Shown here in pieces: positions 10,283 to 19,303 of a DNA stretch of 19,303 nucleotides. How positions within the stretch are numbered: position 1 is the stretch's first letter; each line of letters begins with the position of its first letter. This stretch comes from Octopus sinensis (Eukaryota): NCBI RefSeq assembly GCF_006345805.1, contig NW_021824207.1, forward strand, positions 1 through 19,303, given 5' to 3'. The translations under genes were made by a program, and so were the position numbers. The notes under the pieces were generated by a model. It searched no databases and was not told where the DNA came from. It saw only the letters and a list, made by a program, of their open reading frames with translations.

Positions 10283-10946
10283 CACGAAAATATACATAAG
10301 TAATATTTGTAGGCACGCCAACATGAGTATCTGTTCGAATGGACTCTACTGCGAATGTTTAACCCCGAGAGAACAACTCCTGTAAGTAATTAACGACGCA
10401 GAGTGCATCCGATTAATTGCGAGCAGGGATCGAACCCCTACCATCTTATAGCAACAGGACCGCAGACCAGGTCTGGTTTCGGGCTATTCCTGCCACTGCT
10501 CAGTACTGGACACCTCATCTGCTAATCTGTGGAGACGGGATGTATAATAAAGTGTATATAATAAAATATATGTCTATAAAGAAACCTGTGTAGATATATT
10601 TGTTCAGAAGAATTGAGTTCGATGTTAGAAGTGAAATATATTTCTGGAATATATGCAGTTCACTGTGTGTCAACCAATTTCTATGATGTATCAGGGTCAA
10701 GACAAACATTTATCAATGTATGTATGCATGTGTGTGTATGTATGTATGTGTGTGTGTGTGTGTGTGTTTCTGCGTCATTTAACTACACAAAATGCTGTAT
10801 GTATGTAATTGTTTAAAGAAGAGTTTCTGCTCTACTCTTGGTAGTTACTGATGTATCTTATAATATTCTCTATTCCGAACATGTAAATAATGTAATATTT
10901 GTTATAAATGAATGTTATTGATTGGATGTTTCTGTTTTGTCCACAG

Positions 10947-11086
10947 ATGTTTGTGGTGCAGAAATAAAGCGGCCACAACAAAAGTCCATCCATGTGGACA
11001 CCTTGTAATATGTAAGGGATGTTCAAACGTTCCACTTCAACAATGTCTGAAGTGTTTAAAACCTGTAACAAGCAGAGGTCGAGTTG
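10947..11086 (+). CDS. MIB2: C3HC4 RING-finger exon (phase 2-1) of the MIB2-like E3 ligase
   Basis: Acceptor tctgttttgtccacAG and donor GTAAGA at 11087. CLWCRNKAATTKVHPCGHLVICKGCSNVPLQQCLKCLKPVTSRGRV has ligand spacing C-x2-C-x11-C-x-H-x3-C-x2-C-x7-C-x2-C, typical of MIB/IAP-type RINGs. Confidence 0.9.
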
Positions 11087-12202
11087 GTAAGAATATTCTT
11101 TGCTGATCTGTCTGTTTGTCCTGCTTGTCCCACTGCCCTTATTGTGTAGAATAATATACTTCATGTTGTTATGTAGACAGAGGTCTGCCATAATCTGGCA
11201 GATTTATGATAAAAGGTGTTCCTAGTGTCTGTTCTCTGTAATAGTATATCTCTCACACTACATCCACTAAACATTGACCTTATCCAAGTAGGAAACATGT
11301 CACACTTCAAGAGGGTTGTAGTCTGCAACGTAAAGATAATGGACGATTCTGCAAGATAATTAGTGAGTAACTGAAGTATCAATAAATCTCCATCAACACT
11401 ATAATTAATTATGAGTTATTAGAAGATAATTATGAGTTATTAGAAGATAATTAAATACAACAGTACTTACAAGGACATCAGTGTCATCTTTGGTAAAGTA
11501 TTAAATTTAGTAGAATATTTTAAAGGAGTAAAATTATATGTCACTAGTTTGAGAGACTTTAACACACAATTCCATGTTGTTATGTTTGTAATTGGAGGAT
11601 ATTAAGGCTAATAGAGACAGTTTTGTTTGTCAAGCAACCAGATCATGAAACCTTCAAATATATCCTGAATGAGATGACATTCTGGTGAACTGTGAAGTTA
11701 AAATTAGGGATTATCAGCAACAATGTTTAACAAAGAGATTAGGTGTATGTTTCTCCTTCTTGAAGTGGTTGTGACATGTGTTTGTTGTTATATCTTTGAT
11801 GAATAAATTTGTTGACACTGGAATCAAACAGGTTCTTAGTGAAGATCAGGGTTTTGAAAATGCAATAGATTTGGCATAGATATAAGCAAGGAAACCAAAG
11901 CCTACAGATAAACTGTTAGTAAGTGATAATTAAGTGATATAATTACAGCATTGTTAGATTATGTAGGATATCTTAACAGAGAGAGGAAATTTACAAAGAT
12001 CAACTAGAGTTCGTTTTGGAGCTAAATATTGGCTATTACATGGGTCCACTGTTGAAAGTATAAAAACATTGACCAAAACAATTATGATCGCTGGTTGGCC
12101 ATTGATGATATGAATGTTTCTCATTAATAAAATATAGATTATTAATAAATATAAAGGGATTGTGCTATAAATAAATATAAAACTTGGAGACACATATTTC
12201 AG

Positions 12203-12253
12203 AGAGTCCAAAGTTTGAAGAGAAGGGAGTGCAGACTGTGGCAGAGACAGTTG
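12203..12253 (+). CDS. Micro-exon E0 (51 bp, phase 1-1): (E)SPKFEEKGVQTVAETV; donor position reads ATGAGT
   Basis: Acceptor catatttcAG; homologous to E1-E3. If unspliced it reads through to VDEFKIRDLN* (stop 12280-12282). Confidence 0.6.
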
Positions 12254-13920
12254 ATGAGTTTAAAATTAGAGATCTTAATTAATTTCTATAGATTTTACAT
12301 TCACCTCAGCTATTTTGAGTATTAGAATGGTGGAGAACAAATCCCATCTCTAATTTCCATTTGAAAGGTTAGCTCTAAAGTAATTGTATTAAAAATATTA
12401 CTGAAATTTCATAAAGTCATGTTTAACATGTTTGGTTAAATGGATAAATTAAAAGCCACAATAGAGTTAATATTGTCTTCTGGAAGATGGAACTATAATT
12501 TATTAGTTTAGGTGTAAACTCGTGAATTATAAAATAGTTGTTTGTTTTTCTACTAAGATCTTTCGTAAGTTTTCTGATAGGTTATTCATGATGTTGTTAT
12601 GTAGCCAGATGTCTGTCGTAATATTTTGTATTTTTCTGGGGTTGTGTACCCTGAATGTCTCTGGTTAGAATACATTTTGTAGTTGCAAATTAGAAAATTA
12701 TATTAAATGTTAACTCTGTATAAGAATATTCATCATGAACTTAATTTTATTAAATGTTAAATTTAGTATTGAACCGTGAATATCTGTTTATATTTAAACA
12801 AATTATTGGTGTTTATACAAAATATACGATCAGAAATTGAATTTGACTTGAACTCACAAATCCTTGTTTGTAGCTATATATAATATACACTTATTACATT
12901 GTTTGAACAACATTTACCATCCATATAGTCATTCTTTTTCTCACTCTTGTTAGATTTTAGATGATATTAATGCTAAAAGAGGCACAGTTTTCTGAGTGTT
13001 TCACCCTTTGGTCTTGATTGTTGCGTTCAAATTTTTTAATGGAAGTTAGTCATTGTTATTTGACAGGAAATTAATTAATCATTAGTATTTGGCAGTGGAC
13101 TTGGTTATATCTTTCTTCGTTTGCTCATGGAACTACGATAATATTAGCTGTGCTGAGACACAATCATATTCATAGTAATGAAGGTTATATGTTCTTTACT
13201 CAGATTATATACAATCTATATTGATATCTAGTATTGCACCGTCAAGCACAGTGCCATTATATCACATATATACCCAATTATCATGATAATTAATAAGCTA
13301 TAATTCATTAACCTCTTACATTTGTATGTATGAAATGTAACTTATTTTGTCATAGGAACATCGTGTACCCTCACCTTACATTTTATATCTTGTTAGGGAT
13401 CATGTTGGGGAAGGGTGTATGGAATTTGGCTTGTGCAGATGTTTATTAGGAGACAGATTGTGTGCGGGGTGGAGGGGATACACAAAAGGACATCTTATGA
13501 ACTCAGTTTTACTTAATTAGAGAGGAATGTTGATTAGTGAACTCTAGAGATGAGAGTACTGTGCCATGCCATAGGTCTGGCACAGTTATAAGAAGAGAAA
13601 CAAGCTAAGAGAAAATTGTTATCAAGTGTTAATTAAATGAGATAATTGGTACATTGTTAGAATATTTAATGTGTTTTTTAGAGGAGAGAGAGAGAGAGAG
13701 GGTGGATTTAGGAATGTTAGTCTGTTTTATTGTGGACATATTGGGCTATTACATGGGACCCACTGTAGAAAGTACAGAAATATGACCAAAACCATAATGG
13801 TCAACATTTGACCAGTAACGACAGGAATTGAATGTCTCACAATAACAAGATAGAGTTTAATAAAAAATAAGATGAAGAAAGTTTATTTTTAAATGTAAAA
13901 CTTGGAAATATTTATTTCAG

Positions 13921-13998
13921 AGGCTCCAAAGTTTGAAGACAGGTGTGTACAAACAGAGGCTACATGTCAGGAATTAGGGGCTGCATCTCAGGCAATAG
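13921..13998 (+). CDS. Micro-exon E1 (78 bp, phase 1-1): (E)APKFEDRCVQTEATCQELGAASQAI
   Basis: Acceptor tttatttcAG and donor GTGAGT at 13999. Open frame; phase matches the RING exon donor. Confidence 0.72.
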
Positions 13999-14249
13999 GT
14001 GAGTATAAAATAATAGTTCCCAATTGATTTCTGTAAGGTTTTCTTCCCCCGAGTATATTGTGCTCGAAAGAATAACTGAAAACAGCTTCCATTCCTATTT
14101 TCCAATTGAACGATTATCTGTATAATAATTGAATTAAAGATATCGATTTACTGAGAGTTTATGAAATACCCATTGAGATTAATGCTGTTGGTAATAATGT
14201 TCAAATTAGAAGACACAATAGAGTTAATATTGTCATTTGGTCACAGAAC

Positions 14250-14750
14250 TCATCATCATCATCATCATCATATCATCATCATCATCATCATCATCATTAA
14301 CATCCGTTTCTTATGGTGGCATGGGTCGGACGATTTCACTGGCAAGGCAGTAGGCTGCGTCAGGCTGCAATGTGATCTGGCAAGGTTTCCACATATGTAT
14401 GCCATTCCTAACGCCAACCACTCCGAGAGTGTGGTGGGTGCCTTTTACGTGCCACTGACACAGGAGCCAGTCGGGGTGGGGGCTGGCATTGACCACGTTC
14501 TGATGGTGCTTTTTACGTGCCACCGGCACAGGGAACCAGTCGGGCGGCACTGGCAACAAACAATGTTTGAATGGTACTTATTATGGTGCCACCGGCACAG
14601 GTGCCAGCCATGCGGCACTGGCATCGGCCATAATTACAATTTGCATTTTGATTTCGATCTTGATTTGATTTTGATTTGTGATTTCTGATTTTTGGTTTTA
14701 CTTGACTCAGAAATTCTTCTCAAGCGCAACTTATCACTCTGTAATTCAAG
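14250..14750 (-). mobile_element. Retroposon-like interspersed repeat with (CAT)n/(ATG)n tail, copy 1
   Basis: GC-richer block starting (cat)n taacatccg, containing ~60-bp internal subrepeats (tacgtgccaccggcacagg..ccagtc). Paralogous copies at 16447 and 18903. Orientation is inferred from the tail. Confidence 0.6.
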
Positions 14751-14889
14751 GGTACTTTTAATATTAGGCTGTGCTGAGACACAATCATATTCATAGTAAT
14801 GAAGGTTATATGTTCTTTACTCAGATTATATACAATCTATATTGATATCTAGTATTGCACCGTCAAGCACAGTGCCATTGTATCACATA

Positions 14890-15459
14890 CACTTGCGTCG
14901 AAATTAATTAGCACTTCTCAAATTTCTACATTTTCTTACATTTTCTTAATTTAATTAACTTATTATCAGAAACGAACATGTTTTTTAATCGAAAATTATT
15001 AAAACATATCCCGCACACCACATAATTGATATTAATCGTGAAATTTAGTCAATATCTTGTTACTACTCCTCCTTCCGCAGGCAGCAATGACGGCTGCTAC
15101 GCGGGTCGGCATGCTGTCTATGAGTGCCTGCAGGTACTGTGCAGGGATGGCCCCTCATCAGCAAGAAGTGCCCAAACAGCTCGTGTCGGTTCCTGTATTT
15201 GCTGCACATTCAAATCCCTACCCAATCGACTCCAGAGGTTCTCAATAGGGTTCAGGTCAGGTGACTGGCCAGCACGTACTCTCGCCACCAAAGAGGTATC
15301 CCGTACTATCTCAACGTACTTTTGCTGCGTTGATGTTGCCTTCGACGGCATAGAGCCGCCCAACACAACTGTAGCTGAACGCCCCTCACACATCAGACCA
15401 CCCCCACCATGCTTCATGGTGAGCAAATCAAGGGTGCTAATTAATTTCTGACCGTAGTG
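14890..15459 (-). mobile_element. Internally deleted non-autonomous Tc1-family transposon (570 bp) with TA target-site duplication
   Basis: TIRs are cacttgcgtcgaaattaattagcac and the reverse complement cactacggtcagaaattaattagcac, with TA at 14888-14889 and 15460-15461. The minus strand encodes TMKHGGG, SPDLNPIENLW and SMPTRVAAVIAA...TRY*. Empty paralogous sites at ~13260 and ~17921 have one TA fewer. Confidence 0.93.
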
Positions 15460-16122
15460 TATATACCCAATTATCATGATAATTAATAAGCTATAATTCA
15501 TTAACTCTCTTACATTTGTATGTCTGAAATGTAAACTTATTTTGTCATAGGAACATCGTGTACCCTCACCTTACATTTTATATCTTGTTAGGGATCATGT
15601 TGGGGAAGGGTGTATGGAATTTGGCTTGTGGAGATGATTTTTAGGGGACAGATTGTTGCGGGGTGGAGGTATGTACATAAAGGACATGTCTTTATGACCT
15701 CAGTTTTACTTAATTAGAGAGGAATGTTGATTAGTGAATTCTAGAGATGAGAGGACTGTGCCATGCCATAGATTTGGCACAGTTATAAGAAAGAAAGACA
15801 AAGCTAAGAGAAAACTGTTATCAAGTGTTAATTAAAGGAGATAATTGCAACATTGTTAGAATATTTAATGTGTTCTTAGAGAGAGAGAGAGAGAGGGAGA
15901 GGGTGGATTTAGGAATGTTAGTCTGTTTTATTGTGGACATATTGGGCTTTTACCTGAGACCACTGTAGAAAGTACAGAAATATTGACCAAAACCATAATG
16001 GTCAACATTTGACCATTAACGACAGGAATTGAATGTCTCACAATAACAAGATAGAGTTTAATAAAAATAAAGATGAAAGAAAGTTTATTTTTAAATGTAA
16101 AACTTGGAAATATTTATTTCAG

Positions 16123-16199
16123 AGGCTCCAAAGTTTGAAGACAGGTGTGTACAAACAGAGGCTACATGTCAGGAATTAGGGGCTGCACTCAGGCAATTG
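16123..16199 (+). CDS. Micro-exon E2 (77 bp, 1-nt loss relative to E1/E3): (E)APKFEDRCVQTEATCQELGAA then frameshift
   Basis: Acceptor tttatttcAG and donor GTGAGT at 16200. It reads gctgcactcag where E1 has gctgcatctcag. Confidence 0.62.
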
Positions 16200-16446
16200 G
16201 TGAGTATAAAATATAGTTCCCAATTGATTTCTGTAAGGTTTTCTTCCCCCGATTATTGTGCTTGAAAGAATAACTGAAAACCGCTTCCACTCCTATTTTC
16301 CAATTGAACGATTATCTGTATAATAATTGTATTAAGATATCGATTTACTGTGAGTTTATGAAATACCCATTGAGGTTAATGCTGTTGGTAATAATGTTCA
16401 AATTAGAAGACACAATAGAGTTAATTTTGTCAATTGGTCACAGAAC

Positions 16447-16860
16447 TCATCATCATCATCATCATCATCGTTTAACGTCCGTTTATAGTAGCATGGGTCG
16501 GACGATTTCACTGGCAAGGCAGTAGGCTGCGCCAGGCTCCAATGTATCTGGCAAGGTTTCCACATATGTATGCCATTCCTAACGCCAACCACTCCGAGAG
16601 TGGGTGGGTGCCTTTTACGAGCCACCGGCGCAGGAGTCAGTCGGGGTGGGGGCTGGCATCGACCACGTTCGGATGGTGCTTTTTACGTGCCACGGCACAG
16701 GGAACTAGTCAGGCGGCAGTGACAAGGACCTATGCTTCTATGGTACTTATAACGTGACACAGGAACAGGTGCCAGTCAGGCGGCACTGGCATCGGTCACA
16801 ACTACAATTTGCATTTTGATTTCGATCTTGAATTGCTTTTGATTTTCATTTCTGTTATTG
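16447..16860 (-). mobile_element. (CAT)n-flanked repeat, copy 2
   Basis: Homologous to 14250-14750 and at the same position in its module. Confidence 0.6.
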
Positions 16861-18574
16861 CCTGGTGGACTATGATGAAAACGAGGGGTTCAGGAATGAT
16901 CCCTAGTGAACTCCTACTTCTATCCGGAATTCTTCTTCACTATACTCATTGCCGATCCTCACCTTACTACAGGGCCTCTTCAACTCTTATAATCGCTCGT
17001 CAATCCCTAGTTTCCGCATTAGCTGTAAAAAGGATTCTATTAAATATTCCACTGAAATTTCATAAAATCAAGGTTAACGTGGTTGGTAAAATGGTTAAAT
17101 AAGAAGACATAATAGAGTTAATGATGTCTTTTAGGACAGAGAACTAAAACATTTTGTTGTTTATTTGTAAACAGGTGAGTTAACGAGAAAGTGTTTTGTT
17201 TCTTTTGCTACTAAGGTATTTCCTAAGTTTTCTCATAGGTTATTGTTGTTGTTATTGTTATGTAGCCAGATGTCTGTCATGATATGTTGTTTAGGTACGT
17301 ACCCTGAATGTCTCAGGTCAGAATAACTTTGTTATAAATTAAAGAAATTAAAAATCAAATCTCTAAGATTATAAGTATAATGATCATTAACGTTGATTAA
17401 ATATTAAATTTAGTATTGAACGGTGAACATCTGTTTGCATTTAAACAAAATATTGGTGTTGACATAAAATACAAAGATAGGAATTAAATATGAGTTCCCT
17501 GTGTGACTTGATCTCACAAATCCTTGTTTGTAACTATATATAATATACACTTATTACATTGTTTGAACAACATTTACCATCCATATAGTCATTCTTTTTC
17601 TCACTCTTGTTAGATTTTAGATGATATTAATGCTAAAAGAGGCACAGTTTTCTGAGTGTTTCACCCTTTGGTCTTGATTGTTGCGTTCAAATTATTTAAT
17701 GAAAGATAGTCATTGTTATTTGACCAGGAAATGAATTAATCATTGGTATTTGGCAGTGGACTTGGTTATATCTTTCTTCGTTTGCTCATGGAACTACCAT
17801 AATATTAGCTGTGCTGAGACACAATCATATTCATAGTAATGAAGGTTATATGTTCTTTACTCAGATTATATACAATCTATATTGATATCTAGTATTGCAC
17901 CGTCAAGCACAGTGCCATTGTATCACATATATACCCAATTATCATGATAATTAATAAGCTATAATTCATTAACTCTCTTACATTTGTATGTATGAAATGT
18001 AAATTTATTTTGTCATAGGGACATCGTGTACCCTCACCTAACATCTTATATCTTGTTAGGGATCATGTTGTGGAGATGATTTTTAGGGGACAGATTGTGT
18101 GTGGGATGGAGCGTATGTACATAAAGGACATGTCTTTATGACCTCAGTTTTACTTAATTAGAGAAGAATGTTGATTAGTGAATTCTAGAGATGAGAGGAC
18201 TGTGCCATGCCATAGATTTGGCACAGTTATAAGAAAAGAAAGACAATGCTAAGAGAAAACTCTTATCAAGTGTTAATTAAATGAGATAATTGCAACATTG
18301 TTAGAATATTTAATGTGTTTTGAAAGAGAGAGGGAGAGAGAGAGAGAGACAGAAGTGAGGGTGGATTTAGAAATGTTAGTCTCTTTTATTGTGGACATAT
18401 TGGGCTATTACATGGGACCACTGTAGAAAGTACAGAAATATTGACCAAAACCATAGTGGTCAACATTTGACCATTAACGCAGAAATTGAATGTCTCACAT
18501 AAAAAGATAGAGTTTAATAAATAAAGATAAAGAAAGTTTCTTTTTAAATGTAAAAATTGGAAATGTTATTTCAG

Positions 18575-18652
18575 GTGCTCCAAAGTGTGAGGACAGGTGT
18601 GTACAAACAGAGGCTACATGTCAGGAATTAGGGGCTACATCTCAGGCAATTG
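18575..18652 (+). CDS. Micro-exon E3 (78 bp, phase 1-1): (G)APKCEDRCVQTEATCQELGATSQAI
   Basis: Acceptor gttatttcAG and donor GTGAGT at 18653. Open frame; several substitutions relative to E1. Confidence 0.72.
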
Positions 18653-18902
18653 GTGAGTATAAAATAATAGTTCCCAATTGATTTCTGTAAGGTTTTCTTC
18701 CCCCGAGTATATTGTGCTTGAAAGAATAACTGAAAACAGCTTCCATTCCTATTTTCCAATTGAAGAATTATCTGTATAATAATTGAATTAAAGATATCGA
18801 TTTACTGTGAGTTTATGAAATACCCATTGAGGTTAATGCTGTTGGTAATAATGTTCAAATTAGAAGACACAATAGAGTTAATTTTGTCATTGGTCACAGA
18901 AA

Positions 18903-19303
18903 TCATCATCATCATCATCATCATCATTTAACATCCGTTTCTTATGGTGGCATTGGGTCGGACGATTTCACTGGCAAGGCAGTAGGCTGCGTCAGGCTGC
19001 AATGTGATCTGGCAAGGTTTCCACATATGTATGCCATTCTAACGACAACCACTTCGAGAGTGTGGTGGGTGCTTTTTACGTGCCACCGACACAGGAGCCA
19101 GTTGAAGTTGGGGCTGGCCATTAACCACGTTCGGAAGGTACTTTTTATGTGCCAACGGCACAGGGAACCAGTCAGGCGGCACTGGCAAAAAACAATGTTT
19201 GAATGGTACTTATTACGTGCCACCGGCACGGGTGCCAGCCAGGCGGCACTGGCATCGGCTGTAATTACAATTTGCATTTGATTCCGATCTTGATTTGATT
19301 TTG
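18903..19303 (-). mobile_element. (CAT)n-flanked repeat, copy 3 (cut by window end)
   Basis: Homologous to 14250-14750 and at the same position in its module. Confidence 0.6.

Larger units (their letters stand above)
11087..19303 (+). repeat. Tandem array of ~1.1-2.5-kb intron + micro-exon modules, running off the window end
   Basis: The anchor ttgg(g)ctattacatggg..ccactgt.gaaagta recurs at ~12028, 13741, ~15942 and 18400. Exon-start spacings are 1718, 2202 and 2452 bp. Confidence 0.92.

Noticed and set aside
11407-11448. Exact 21-bp tandem duplication (aattatgagttattagaagat x2)
   Set aside because: Ordinary intronic slippage product; no further structure.
11879-11908. AG...GTAAGT-bounded segment as a further micro-exon
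   Set aside because: It has a stop in the required phase and is homologous to plainly intronic sequence in the other modules.
12954-12995. Possible terminal exon (DFR* or DDINAKRGTVF*) after a strong polypyrimidine tract, with a copy at 17614-17655
   Set aside because: A diverged homologue lies inside the RING-E0 intron (11598-11624) without the same acceptor context, so it is best explained as duplicated intron sequence. Not fully excluded without transcripts.
14161-14688. 175-aa ORF and paralogous ORFs at 14311, 16304, 16398, 16542, 18942 and 19027
   Set aside because: They span intron plus the (CAT)n-flanked repeat; poly-H/I/D come from the triplet tract, and the frames are not conserved between copies.
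15026-15451. 141-aa plus-strand ORF
   Set aside because: It is the antisense frame of the Tc1 transposase remnant.
13921-18652. E1-E3 as a single locus triplicated by mis-assembly
   Set aside because: The copies differ by several substitutions, a Tc1 insertion with TSD and a large deletion; read error would not produce these.

Overview
This is AT-rich, microsatellite-dense eukaryotic genomic DNA with spliceosomal introns. The SINE and repeat families look like those of Octopus/cephalopods (recalled, not searched). The window holds the 3' part of a plus-strand mind-bomb (MIB2)-like ankyrin + RING E3 ligase gene: an intact ankyrin exon (5084-5293), a hidden linker exon carrying several single-base losses (6879-7049) and an intact C3HC4 RING exon (10947-11086). 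After the RING the rest of the window is a tandem array of intron + micro-exon modules. Each micro-exon is phase 1-1 symmetric (12203-12253, 13921-13998, 16123-16199, 18575-18652) and encodes a [DE]-[KR]-x-V-Q-T motif resembling an LC8/DYNLL-binding site. None of these micro-exons appears in the ORF track. The introns carry tRNA-derived SINEs, a mariner and a CR1-clade LINE remnant, an internally deleted Tc1 element with a provable TA target duplication, a five-copy ~138-bp tandem and a cluster of four fold-back structures (1597-4608). Most long ORFs in the track are microsatellite artefacts. A deletion-biased indel pattern suggests imperfectly polished long-read sequence, so frameshifts need read-level checking.
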